DNA from: Chloroflexota bacterium | Lineage (GTDB): Bacteria > Chloroflexota > Limnocylindria > Limnocylindrales > CSP1-4 | Length of the DNA: 60,931 nt | Direction of reading: 5' to 3' | Assembly: GCA_034667005.1 (NCBI GenBank) | Contig: JAXDKU010000124.1 | Coordinates: 1 to 60,931, forward strand | Position numbers and translations under genes: made by a program | Part shown: piece by piece, positions 1 to 9,282 of the stretch | Layout of the letters: the number at the start of each line of letters is the position of its first letter | Numbering within the stretch: position 1 is the stretch's first letter | The notes under the pieces: model-generated | Database searches by the model: none | What the model was told of the DNA's origin: nothing | Seen by the model: the letters and a program-made list of their open reading frames with translations, nothing else

Positions 1-254
1 GCCCGCTCCGCGGTGACGCCCTCGCTGATGGCGCGCAGCAGGTTCCCGCGCTCGTACGCGGCGGACCGGCGGGTCGTCTCGAAGGCCGCCACCGCGGCCT
101 CGACCGCGGCCTCGTACTGCTCGTTCGTGGCGAGGTAGGTGACGCCGGCGGGCGTGCCCTCGTCCGCGGGGTTGCTCACCTCGAGGCGCTCCGGGGAGGT
201 GACCCAGGCACCCCCGACGAAGATGGGGCGCGGCTCCGTGTCGGTCGTCAGCAC
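1..254 (-). CDS. Aldehyde dehydrogenase family protein, N-terminal part (runs off window)
   Basis: Manual translation from GTG at 254: LTTDTEPRPIFVGGAWV...EVSNPA...YEAAVEAAVAAF...ERGNLLRAI, a typical ALDH N-terminus; TAGACT box 6 nt upstream. Confidence 0.8.
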   Translation of the reverse strand, partial: MLTTDTEPRPIFVGGAWVTSPERLEVSNPADEGTPAGVTYLATNEQYEAAVEAAVAAFETTRRSAAYERGNLLRAISEGVTAER

Positions 255-283
255 CGCTCGAGTCTACCCGTTTCACTCGTAAG

Positions 284-313
284 TTGACACGTATCGTTCC
301 ATTCTCCTAGGCT
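284..313 (+). promoter_or_regulatory. Sigma70-like promoter for the LLM pair
   Basis: TTGACA (284-289), 18-nt spacer, TAGGCT (308-313); GAAGGAG ribosome-binding site before ATG 349. Confidence 0.65.
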
Positions 314-348
314 CACTGCAACCGATCTTGCTAGAAGGAGCGACCCGG

Positions 349-1317
349 ATGGAGTTCTCGTTGGCCGTCCAGAACAACAAGCACGGGGCGGCCGGCGAGG
401 GCATGGACGCGTCCGCCGAGGCCGCGAATCGCTTCGGCTGGCGCACCCTCTGGGTCGCGGATCACTTGCTGGTTTCTCGTGAGGGCGGCCCCAAGGCGGA
501 CGAGTGGTATGCGAACTACAACCTGCTCGAGCACGAGTGGATCCTCGAGGCGCTGCTCTCCCTCATGTACCTCGGCGCCCGCCACGAGCGGGTGCTGCTC
601 GGCCTCGGCGTGATCGTGCCGGCCATGCGGGACGCCCCGGCCCTGGCGAAAGAGATCTCGACGCTGGACTCGCTCACCGGCGGCAGGGTCATCGCCGGCG
701 TCGGCGTCGGGGACGAAGAGGACTACATCGAGTACCGCAACCTCGGCAAGGAGGACCGCTTCCGGGTCCGTGGCGCCTACCTGGACGAGACCATCCGCCT
801 GTGGCGCCACCTCTGGTCCGGCAACCTGGAGCCCTTCGACGGCCGCTTCCACTCCATGCGTGACTTCACCTTCCAGCCCCCGCCGCCGCAGGGCGCGGAC
901 CTGCCGATCTGGTCGAGCGGGCGGAGCGACCGGGCCCTGGCGCGCGTCGGCGCCGTGACGGACGGGTACCTCGGCTCGCGCTGGCCACCGGAAGAGTTCG
1001 AGGCGAAATGGCCGGCCGTGCTCGAACGCGCGGCGCAGAACGGGCGCAAGCGACCCCACCTTGCGATGCGCGTGCGCATCCGCATCGAGGAGGAGCCGGA
1101 CAAGATCTGGAGCCTCTGCGGCAAGCCCGAGGACATGGCCAGGACGCTGCTCGACTACGAGGCCGCCGGCGCCGACGAGGTCGTGGCCGTCTTCGAGGCG
1201 ATCTACCCCGAGGACATCCTCAAGGAGACCGAGCGCTTCCAGCGACAGGTCGTGGAGCCCTACCTGGAGCTGTCCGCCCAGCGCAAGGCGGACGCCGCCC
1301 CGGTCCTGGCCGGCTAG
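349..1317 (+). CDS. LLM-class (luciferase-like) flavin/F420-dependent oxidoreductase
   Basis: WVADHL, LAKEISTLDSLTGGRVIAGVGVG, RGAYLDETIRL motifs; SD-supported ATG at 349. Confidence 0.9.
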   Translation: MEFSLAVQNNKHGAAGEGMDASAEAANRFGWRTLWVADHLLVSREGGPKADEWYANYNLLEHEWILEALLSLMYLGARHERVLLGLGVIVPAMRDAPALAKEISTLDSLTGGRVIAGVGVGDEEDYIEYRNLGKEDRFRVRGAYLDETIRLWRHLWSGNLEPFDGRFHSMRDFTFQPPPPQGADLPIWSSGRSDRALARVGAVTDGYLGSRWPPEEFEAKWPAVLERAAQNGRKRPHLAMRVRIRIEEEPDKIWSLCGKPEDMARTLLDYEAAGADEVVAVFEAIYPEDILKETERFQRQVVEPYLELSAQRKADAAPVLAG

Positions 1318-1332
1318 GCCGGCCGGCCGCGG

Positions 1333-2247
1333 ATGGAGTTCGGGCTCGCGCTCCAGAACCACGGGGAGGGTGCCGCTCCCGAGGGGATCGAGGCCTCCGC
1401 GGAGGCGGTCACGCGGCATGGCTGGCGCGGCGTCTGGGCCGTCGACCACCTGATGGTCGGCGAGAGCAACGCGCACGACTACGGCCTGATGCTCGAGCCG
1501 CTGCTGTCGCTGGCGCATCTCGGCGCCAGGTTCCCGGCCATCCGCCTCGCGACGGGCGTGCTGGTGCCGCCGATGCGTGACGCCCCGCAGCTGGCCAAGG
1601 AGCTCGCCACGCTCGACGTGCTGTCCGGTGGCCGGGTGACGGTCGGCGTCGGCGTGGGCGACGAGGAGGACCTCGTCGAGTACGAGAACCTGGGCAAGGG
1701 CGAGCGGTTCCGCCGGAGGGGCGCCTACCTCGACGAGACGATCGCGCTGTGGCGCCACCTCTGGTCGGGTAATACCGAGCCCTTCGACGGCGCGTTCCAC
1801 CAGTTGCGCGATTACCGCTTTCTGCCGCTGCCGATCCAGGGCGCCGCGCTGCCGATCGTCTCAGGCGGACGCTCCGACCGGGCGCTGGCCCGGGTCGGGC
1901 GCATCACCGACGGCTACTACTCCAGCCGCTGGGGCCCGGACGACCTTCGCGCGCGCTGGCCGGCGGTCCTCGGGGCCGCCGCGGATGCCGGACGGCCGCG
2001 ACCCTCCCTCTCCACCCGGGTGCGCGTCCGGCCTGGCCAGCCACCGGACGGCCGGTACAGCGTCTGCGGCACGCCCGCCGAGATGCTCCGGGAGCTGATG
2101 GGCTACGCGGAAGTCGGCACGGACGAGTTCGTGGCGGTCTTCGACGCGGTCCTGCCGGAAGACATCGAGCGCGCCGTGGACCGCTTCATGGATGAGGTCG
2201 GCGGACCGTTCCGCGAAGCGCAGGGCCGGAGCACGGCCGCCGGTTGA
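1333..2247 (+). CDS. LLM-class oxidoreductase, paralogue of 349..1317
   Basis: WAVDHL, LAKELATLDVLSGGRVTVGVGVG; colinear with the upstream gene. Confidence 0.9.
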   Translation: MEFGLALQNHGEGAAPEGIEASAEAVTRHGWRGVWAVDHLMVGESNAHDYGLMLEPLLSLAHLGARFPAIRLATGVLVPPMRDAPQLAKELATLDVLSGGRVTVGVGVGDEEDLVEYENLGKGERFRRRGAYLDETIALWRHLWSGNTEPFDGAFHQLRDYRFLPLPIQGAALPIVSGGRSDRALARVGRITDGYYSSRWGPDDLRARWPAVLGAAADAGRPRPSLSTRVRVRPGQPPDGRYSVCGTPAEMLRELMGYAEVGTDEFVAVFDAVLPEDIERAVDRFMDEVGGPFREAQGRSTAAG

Positions 2248-4026
2248 TCAGGGGCGCTTGTTCGTGAGCAGCCCGTATCCGGGATAGCTCTCCGCCCACT
2301 TGTCGGGATAGGCGCGCGTGATCCCCTTCACGAAGTAGCTCGGAATGCTGTTGTCGATCAGCACGTCCAGCACGTAGGGCCGTCCGCTCGCAAGGGCCCG
2401 CTGGAACGCCGGCTTGAAGTCGTCAGCGCGCTCGACCCGCTCGCCGTCGCCCCCGAACGACTTCGACATCGCCGCGAAGTCCGGGTTGTACAGCTCCCCG
2501 GTGTCCTCGCGCCGGAAGTCGACCCACGGATGGGTGCGCTGGTAGGCCGCCTTCGAGCCCTTGAGCTCGATCCCCAGGCCGTAGTTGTTGAGGACGATCC
2601 AGATCACGGGAAGGCCGTACTCGACGGCGGTGACCACGACCTGCGGGCCCATCAGGAACGCACCGTCGCCCGTCAGGACGACCGCAACGCTGCCGGGGTC
2701 CGCGACGACGGCGCCGGGTCCACCTTCCGTGGCCCAGCCCATCTCGGCCATGCCGGAGTTGATGAGCCACGCGCCCGGCCGGTTGATCGTCATGTACGGC
2801 TCCGCGTACTGGATGACGTCGCCGACGTCGACCAGCACATGCGCGTTGTCCGGCAAGAGCTCGCCGACCTCGTAGCAGAGCCGTCCCGGATGGATGGGCG
2901 ACTGTTGCGCCGTCACGACCGGCTGGATCTCGGCGTGCCACTCCTCGCGGTAGCCCTGGACCTGGCGGACCCAGGCTTCGTGCTCACCGGCGCCGCCGCG
3001 GCCGTCGGCGGCGGCCTTCAGATCGTCGAGGAACCCGGCCGCATCGGAGATCAGGCCGAGCTCGACGGCGTAGTTGCGCCCGACCTCCGCGGGGTCCACG
3101 TCCACCTGCACGATCTTCGTGCGGGGCACGTCGTAGATCATCCCGGCGCGCCAGTTCGCGGTGTGGTTGTCGGAGAAGCGCGCGCCGATCGCCAGCACCA
3201 GGTCCGCCTCGCGTGTCGCCCGGGCGGCCGATCCCGTCCCCGAGCGCCCCACCGGGCCGAGTGAAAGCGCGTGCGTCTCGGGAAGCACGCCCTTGCCGGG
3301 GAGCGTGGTCACGACCGGGATTCCGAGGGTCTCGACGGCGCGCGCGAGCGCCTCGGGCCCGCCCGCCGATCGGTTGACGCCGCCGCCCGCGAGCAGCACC
3401 GGGCGCTCCGCGGCCGCAATGAGGTCGGCGACCTGCGCCACGTGCTGCGAGGCGGCTCGGAGCCCAAGGGTCGCGCTGCGACGTGCCGGCAGCTCGATCT
3501 CGCCCTCCACCTCGGCCAGCTGGATGTCGTAGGGCAGCTGCACGAAGACCGGGCCGGGGCGCCCGCTGGTAGCCACCTTCATGGCCGTGTTGAGGACGTC
3601 GACGGTCTGATCCGGCCGCACGATCAGCCAGGCGCCCTTCGTGATCGGGCGGAACACGCTGAGCGCGTCCTCGAAACCGCGGTAGTACATCTCCTGCATG
3701 CCGGCGCGGCCGAGGAAGTGCGTCGAGCCGGACCCCGCGAGGATCAGCAGCGCTGACGTGTCGTGCATGGCGCTCGCCGTGGCGCCCACGCAGTTCAGCA
3801 GCCCGGGCCCCTTGGAGACGACGACGGGGGCGAGGCGGCCGGTGATCCGGTAGTAGACGTCCGCCATGTGCGTGGCGTGTGCTTCGTTCTTGGCCTGGAT
3901 GCCCTTGATCTGGGGCTGGTCCACGAGGCCGTCCATGAGCGGCCAGATGGCGCCCCCGGCATACCCGAAGTAGTGCTGGATCCCAGCCGCCGCGAACCAG
4001 CCGGCGACAGCGTCAACGACGCGCAT
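2248..4026 (-). CDS. Thiamine diphosphate-dependent enzyme (acetolactate synthase/IolD-like superfamily)
   Basis: FGYAGGAI, NE..A.HMAD catalytic Glu, GPGLLN, GRPGPV, GDGAF-x-NN ThDP motif; start MRVVDAV at 4026. Confidence 0.9.
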   Translation of the reverse strand: MRVVDAVAGWFAAAGIQHYFGYAGGAIWPLMDGLVDQPQIKGIQAKNEAHATHMADVYYRITGRLAPVVVSKGPGLLNCVGATASAMHDTSALLILAGSGSTHFLGRAGMQEMYYRGFEDALSVFRPITKGAWLIVRPDQTVDVLNTAMKVATSGRPGPVFVQLPYDIQLAEVEGEIELPARRSATLGLRAASQHVAQVADLIAAAERPVLLAGGGVNRSAGGPEALARAVETLGIPVVTTLPGKGVLPETHALSLGPVGRSGTGSAARATREADLVLAIGARFSDNHTANWRAGMIYDVPRTKIVQVDVDPAEVGRNYAVELGLISDAAGFLDDLKAAADGRGGAGEHEAWVRQVQGYREEWHAEIQPVVTAQQSPIHPGRLCYEVGELLPDNAHVLVDVGDVIQYAEPYMTINRPGAWLINSGMAEMGWATEGGPGAVVADPGSVAVVLTGDGAFLMGPQVVVTAVEYGLPVIWIVLNNYGLGIELKGSKAAYQRTHPWVDFRREDTGELYNPDFAAMSKSFGGDGERVERADDFKPAFQRALASGRPYVLDVLIDNSIPSYFVKGITRAYPDKWAESYPGYGLLTNKRP

Positions 4027-4046
4027 GCAGTGCTCTCCCTTCCAAA

Positions 4047-4499
4047 TCACGCAACCGCGGAACCCTCGGAGACGGTCGTCCAGCGCGGCACCGTGACGCC
4101 CCCGCGGGCGTCTTCGAATGCGACGCGCAGCGGCATGCCGATGCGCAGGTCCGTCCGGCCCAGCGGCAGCACGTTCCCGAACATGCGCGGGCCCTCCGCG
4201 AGCTGCACGAGCACGACGTTGTACGGAACGAGCGGTGCCCACGTCGGCTGATATCCGCGCTGGAACACGACCCAGGTAAGGATCTCGCCGTCGCCGGACA
4301 TGGGGCGCCAGTCGTAGTCGGCGGACAGGCAGCGGGGGCACACCTCCGAGATGGGGTAGCGGATGTGGCCGCACGGCCGGCACGCCTGGAGCCGCAGCTC
4401 GTGGGCCGCGCAGCCGTCCCAGAAGGGGCGGTTCAGGTCCGTCACGTCGGGCAGGACGGCCTCGGCAGGATCGGCGGACAGACCGGTGGCCGCGTTCAT
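4047..4499 (-). CDS. DUF35 Zn-ribbon/OB-fold acyl-CoA-binding protein
   Basis: PFWDG, CxxC...CxxC (CRPC, CPRC), PYNVVLVQLAEGPR; overlaps thiolase stop. Confidence 0.9.
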   Translation of the reverse strand: MNAATGLSADPAEAVLPDVTDLNRPFWDGCAAHELRLQACRPCGHIRYPISEVCPRCLSADYDWRPMSGDGEILTWVVFQRGYQPTWAPLVPYNVVLVQLAEGPRMFGNVLPLGRTDLRIGMPLRVAFEDARGGVTVPRWTTVSEGSAVA

Positions 4500-5635
4500 C
4501 GGCCGAGCACCAGGCACGACGAGGTGTTGAGCGTCATGCCACGGCCCGTGACCAGGCACAGCTCGGCATCCGCGACCTGGCGGTCACCGGACTCGCCCCG
4601 GATCTGGCGCACGCCCTCGACCACGTGCAGCCAGCCCTGCATGTACGACTCGGAGAGGTTGCCGCCGGCGGTGTTCACCGGCAGCTCGCCACCCAGCCCG
4701 ATCCGCGTGGCGCCCTCGACGAACGGACCCGATTCCCCGACGCCGACGAAGCCCGCGTGCTCGAGCCAGAAGAGCACGGCGATGGTGAAGTTGTCGTAGA
4801 GCTGCGCGACGTCGATATCGGCGGGGCCGACGCCCGCCATGCGGTACGCCCGGCTGATGCAATCCGCCTGGTGCGGCAGGTACCACCACTCCGGTGCCTC
4901 GAGGTTCTGGAGGGTATGGCCCTGGCCCATGCCCCACAGGAGGACCGGCGGCTTCCGCAGGTCCGCGGCGCGCTCCGGGCTCGTGACGATGACGACCACT
5001 CCGCCGTCGCTGATGATGCAGCAGTCCAGCAGGTGCAGCGGCTCCACGATCATCTTCGAGGCCTGGTGGTCCTCGATGGTCATGGGGTCCCGCATGATTG
5101 CCGCGGGGTTCATCGAAGCGTTGCGGCGGCCGTTGACGGCCACCCAGCCGAGCTGCTCGCTGGTCGTGCCGTACAGCTCCATGTGCCGGCGCGCGCCGAG
5201 GGCGCTGTTCGCCGCGTTCCCGAACATGCCCCAGATGCCCCACGAGTCGCCACGCCCCGCGGCCGCGTCGAAGCGGCTGCCGTGGGAGCGGGCCGTGTCC
5301 GCGAAGACGCAGGCGACCACGCTCGCCATGCCCGTCGCGATCGCCATGGCGGCGTTCTGGATGAGCGCGCCCGCGGTGGCGCCGCCCATCGACATCGAGC
5401 CCGTGTACCTCGGGTTGATGCCCAGGTGCTCGCCGACCGCGAGGTAGTGCTTGGCACCTTCGGGCGACGACGTGCCGGGCATCGTCAGCAGGCCGTCGAC
5501 CTCGTCCTTGGAGATGCCCGCGTCGTCCAGGGCCGCCCGGAACGCCTCCGTCGCGAGCGACAGCGGCGTCTCGTCGGGGAGCTTGCCCTGCCGGCTCGCA
5601 CCGACGCCCGCGATCGCGGCCTGCCGCCACGCCAT
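4496..5635 (-). CDS. SCP-x/Ltp2-type thiolase-superfamily protein, probable retro-aldolase
   Basis: AIAGVG, DCCIISDGG, AQLYDNFT, PVNTAGGNLSESY; nucleophile Cys position reads MGGATAG. Confidence 0.85.
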   Translation of the reverse strand: MAWRQAAIAGVGASRQGKLPDETPLSLATEAFRAALDDAGISKDEVDGLLTMPGTSSPEGAKHYLAVGEHLGINPRYTGSMSMGGATAGALIQNAAMAIATGMASVVACVFADTARSHGSRFDAAAGRGDSWGIWGMFGNAANSALGARRHMELYGTTSEQLGWVAVNGRRNASMNPAAIMRDPMTIEDHQASKMIVEPLHLLDCCIISDGGVVVIVTSPERAADLRKPPVLLWGMGQGHTLQNLEAPEWWYLPHQADCISRAYRMAGVGPADIDVAQLYDNFTIAVLFWLEHAGFVGVGESGPFVEGATRIGLGGELPVNTAGGNLSESYMQGWLHVVEGVRQIRGESGDRQVADAELCLVTGRGMTLNTSSCLVLGR

Positions 5636-5650
5636 GTTTCCCGCCGGGCC

Positions 5651-6433
5651 TCAGCGGCCGCGGAACTGCGGCGGCCGCCGCTCGCGGAATGCCGCCCGAC
5701 CCTCGGCTCGATCCTCGGTCGTGGCCAGCAGCGCCCACAGCATTCGTTCCAGGGCGAGCCCGTTGGCCAGGCCGCCTTCCGTCGCCGCGCGCCCCGCGAG
5801 CTTGATCGCGCGCAGCGAGAGCGGCGCGTTGGCAGCGATCGTCGCAGCGATGCGCGTCACGGCCGCGCGCAGCTCAACCGCCGCAACGAGGTCGCTGACC
5901 AGGCCGACCCGGTGTGCCTCGGCGGCGTCGATTGCCTCCCCGGTCAGGAGCATCTTCCATGCGACCGCAGAGGGCACCTCGGCGAACAGCCGTTGCGTGC
6001 CGCCGCTCCCGGAAAGGCTGCCGATCTTCACCTCGGGCAGGCTGAACGTGGCCGTATCCGCGGCGACGCGCAGGTCCGCGGCGAGCGCGAGCTCGAGGCC
6101 GCCGCCCGCGGCGGGGCCGTTCACGGCCGCGATCACCGGCTTGGTCAACAGCTCGATCGGCGCCGAGATGCGCGCCGGCGGATCCGCGAGCGGATGGGCC
6201 GGCTCGTCGGGGGGCGGCTCCCGAAGGTCCGTTCCGGCACAGAACGCGTCGCCGGACCCCGTGAGGACGACGACGCTGACGGAGGGGTCCGCCTCGAGGT
6301 CCGCGCACGTCTCGTGCAGCAGCACCCGCATGGCGCGATCGACGGCGTTGCGGCGCTCCGGCCGGTCCAGGATCAGCCACGCGACACGATCCTCGCGCTC
6401 CACGCGAAGGCCCGGACCGGAGGCGTCGGTCAC
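5651..6433 (-). CDS. Enoyl-CoA hydratase/isomerase (crotonase family)
   Basis: AFCAGTDL, AAVNGPAAGGGLEL, LPEVKIG (both catalytic Glu), EGRAAFRERRPPQF. Confidence 0.92.
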   Translation of the reverse strand: MTDASGPGLRVEREDRVAWLILDRPERRNAVDRAMRVLLHETCADLEADPSVSVVVLTGSGDAFCAGTDLREPPPDEPAHPLADPPARISAPIELLTKPVIAAVNGPAAGGGLELALAADLRVAADTATFSLPEVKIGSLSGSGGTQRLFAEVPSAVAWKMLLTGEAIDAAEAHRVGLVSDLVAAVELRAAVTRIAATIAANAPLSLRAIKLAGRAATEGGLANGLALERMLWALLATTEDRAEGRAAFRERRPPQFRGR

Positions 6434-7800
6434 GCGAGCACTCCCGCGCGCTCCAGCTCGCCGATCTCGTCCTCGCTCAGATGGAGAAGCTCGCGCGCGA
6501 CATCGCGCGTGTGCTCGCCGAGCAGCGGCGGCCGGCGCAGCACCAGCTCACCGCCCGCAGGGCCCCGCGACGGCATCGCGGGCAGCGCAGCGAACGTCGG
6601 CGCCTTGGCCATGCGCTCGTCGGTCGATGCCCCGGCCGCGCCGACGACCACGGGGGTGCCGGCCGCCGCCGCCACGGGCGCGCCAACGGGATGCATCACG
6701 AACGGAGGCCGGGCGACGGTCATCTCGCCGATGACCGGGTGCTCCAGGCGCTGCCAGTAGCCGCGCGCAACGAGGTTGGGATCTTCGAGGATGTCCTTGC
6801 TGGAGTTGACCGCCGCCGCCGCGACGCCGCGCCGGCGCAGCAGTTCGACCAGCTCCTCGCGACCGCACTGGACGGTCGCCTCGGAGACGAGGCGCTCCAG
6901 CTCGTCCTCGTGCTCCTTCCGCGCCGTCAGCGACCCGAAGCGTGGATCGGCCAGCCATTCCGGGCGATCGAGCGCCGTCGCGAGCTCGCGCCACGCCTGC
7001 TCGGTGCGGCACGAGATGGCGCACCAGCGGTCGACGCCGCGTGTCGGAAACACGCCGTGGGGTGCGGCATCCTGGACGCGGTTTCCCGTGCGGACGTGCG
7101 GCGGGGCACCCCCGCTGGCCTCGAGGATCGCCGGCCCGACGACGTTGACGGTCGACTCCAGCTGAGACACCTCGACCTGCTGCCCGATGCCTGTGCGGTT
7201 CCGGTACAGGATCGCGGACAGCAGCGCCACCAGGGCGTGCCCCGGGTTCGGCACGTGGTCGGGATAGTGGGTGCCGGTCCCCACGCCCTGGTGGTCGGGC
7301 AGTCCCGAAAGCTCGACCAGGCCGGCCAGCGCCGAGATCGTCGAGCCGAAGCCGGTGTACGCCGCGTGCGGGCCGTCCTCGCCCTGCATCGGCATCGTCA
7401 GGTAGATGACGGACGGATTGACCGCACGAACCTGGTCATAGGACAGGCCCCAGCGCGCCATGACCCCAGGGCGAAAGTTGCTGGTGACGACCGAGCACTG
7501 GCTCGCCAGGCGCAGCGCGATCCCGCGCGCCTCCGGCTTGCGCATGTCCAGCGCGAAGCTGCGCTTGCTCGAGTTGCGCGATGCGAAGTACCCCGAGCCC
7601 TCGAGGTTCTCCGCCCCGGGCCGGTATGGGGGCGCCAGTCGCAGGTTGTCGGGACGAGCGCGCGACTCGACCTTGATGACGTCCGCGCCGAGGTCGGCGA
7701 GCAGCTTCGTGGCGAGCGCGCCGGCGCCGACCCAGGTGAAGTCCAGGACGCGAATCGCCTTGAGCGGGCCGCCCGGTGTGCCCGTGAGGTCGCGGTTCAA
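6430..7800 (-). CDS. Family III CoA-transferase (CaiB/BaiF), Asp-containing subunit
   Basis: LADLGADVIKVE, NSSKRS, NFRPG, YPDH catalytic Asp, PPLLGEHT. Confidence 0.9.
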   Translation of the reverse strand: MNRDLTGTPGGPLKAIRVLDFTWVGAGALATKLLADLGADVIKVESRARPDNLRLAPPYRPGAENLEGSGYFASRNSSKRSFALDMRKPEARGIALRLASQCSVVTSNFRPGVMARWGLSYDQVRAVNPSVIYLTMPMQGEDGPHAAYTGFGSTISALAGLVELSGLPDHQGVGTGTHYPDHVPNPGHALVALLSAILYRNRTGIGQQVEVSQLESTVNVVGPAILEASGGAPPHVRTGNRVQDAAPHGVFPTRGVDRWCAISCRTEQAWRELATALDRPEWLADPRFGSLTARKEHEDELERLVSEATVQCGREELVELLRRRGVAAAAVNSSKDILEDPNLVARGYWQRLEHPVIGEMTVARPPFVMHPVGAPVAAAAGTPVVVGAAGASTDERMAKAPTFAALPAMPSRGPAGGELVLRRPPLLGEHTRDVARELLHLSEDEIGELERAGVLA

Positions 7801-9044
7801 ATGACGCCCGCCTCAGCGAGCCGATCGAAGCCCGCCGGGTCGACACCCAGCTCCCCGACGACGATCGAACGGGTGCTGTCACCAAGTCGCGGGGCCGACC
7901 TCGCCGGCCTGGCGGGCGTCGCGGAGAGCCGGTACGGCGGGCCGGGAAAGACTTCCGTCACGCCGAGCTCCGGGTCCGCGACGCGCACCCAGAAATTGCG
8001 GGCGACCAGTTGCGGGTCCGCAAGCACGCCCCGGATGTCGTTGACCGGCGAGAGCGCAATGCCACGCCGCTGGGCCTCCTCGTAGAGCTGCATGCGGGTC
8101 CGCGACCGCGCCAGGCCGCTGAAGATGTCGCCGAACCGGGCGATCGCGGCATCCGTCTGGCGGAACGAGAGGTCGGACCAGCGGCCGTCCAGCAGCTCGG
8201 TGGCGCCGGGCACGTCTTCCTCGACGAGCCACGTCACGAGTGCCTGCCACGCCCTGGCGGTCCCGACGCGGCCGGCCACCATCGCCACCGCGCCGTCGAG
8301 GCAGGGGTACATGCCAGAGCCCGCCTCACGCGGGTCGGCGCCGAGGCGCTGCCGCACGACGCCGGTGAGCTCGTACATCGGGACGGTGTCCTCGAGCGCC
8401 TGCGCCACGGACTCCTGTGCGGACACGTCGATCCACGTGCCGAGGCCGGTCTCCAGTCGTTCGATCAGCCCGACCAGGACCGATACCGCCGTGAACAGCG
8501 ATGCCGAAACCTGCGCCTGGCCTCCGTAGGCGACCACCGGCGTGCCGTCGGGGTAGCCGCCGAGGTGCAGCAGGCCGCCGGCGGCCATGATCGTCAGGTC
8601 GTCGTCGCGCACCGAGTCGTCACTCCGGTCGCGCCCGAACGGCGTGACGGACGCGTGCACGAGGCGGGGATTCAGGCTCGTCACCGCCGCCGGCGTCACG
8701 CCGAGGCGGCTCGCTTCTGCGGCGGACAACGTCTCGATCAGGACGTCTGCGCTCTCGACGAGGCGGACCCAGAGCGTCCTCGCCTCCGGGCGCGCGAGGT
8801 CCAGGACGAGCGACCGCTTGCCGGCATTGACGAATCGATCGAACGCGCTGGCACCCGGGCCGGTCGTGCCCTCGAAGTTCGCGCCGTCCCTCCGCGTGGT
8901 CGAGCCGGACGGAGGCTCGACGCGGATGACGTCCGCGCCAAGGTCACCGAGCAGCCGCGACGCATACGCGCCGAGCCCATCCGCGAGATCGAGGACACGG
9001 ACCCCGCTCAGCGCTCCGGCCGCGGACCGGCCGTTACTGTCCAT
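7797..9044 (-). CDS. Family III CoA-transferase (CaiB/BaiF), probable non-catalytic partner subunit
   Basis: LGDLGADVIRVEPP, NAGKRS, APRLG; no Asp at the equivalent position (YGGQAQ). Confidence 0.85.
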   Translation of the reverse strand: MDSNGRSAAGALSGVRVLDLADGLGAYASRLLGDLGADVIRVEPPSGSTTRRDGANFEGTTGPGASAFDRFVNAGKRSLVLDLARPEARTLWVRLVESADVLIETLSAAEASRLGVTPAAVTSLNPRLVHASVTPFGRDRSDDSVRDDDLTIMAAGGLLHLGGYPDGTPVVAYGGQAQVSASLFTAVSVLVGLIERLETGLGTWIDVSAQESVAQALEDTVPMYELTGVVRQRLGADPREAGSGMYPCLDGAVAMVAGRVGTARAWQALVTWLVEEDVPGATELLDGRWSDLSFRQTDAAIARFGDIFSGLARSRTRMQLYEEAQRRGIALSPVNDIRGVLADPQLVARNFWVRVADPELGVTEVFPGPPYRLSATPARPARSAPRLGDSTRSIVVGELGVDPAGFDRLAEAGVI

Positions 9045-9102
9045 CGGGGGGCGCGATGCGCAGCGATCCGTGACGCGACGGCCTGGTCACGAGATGGTGC
9101 GT

Positions 9103-9121
9103 GGCAACAATCCTTGTTGCC
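9103..9121. promoter_or_regulatory. Perfect inverted repeat, candidate operator in the divergent promoter region
   Basis: GGCAACAA-TCC-TTGTTGCC; extra half-site TTGTTGC at 9233-9239. Confidence 0.55.
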
Positions 9122-9282
9122 GTCAGCGTGACTTGGCCCATAGAGTTCCTTCTTCGTTGCGTCGCGGGGAGGCCGTGCAGCGCTCTCCGCGGTAGGCTGC
9201 GCCCGAGCGTCGTCGAGGAAAGACGCTTCCTTTTGTTGCAGAGAAGGTACCATCGCGGAATGGATGTGTCACTGGGATATCG

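Noticed and set aside
2245-2250. Abutting convergent stop codons (TGATCA)
   Set aside because: Common in compact genomes; no further signal
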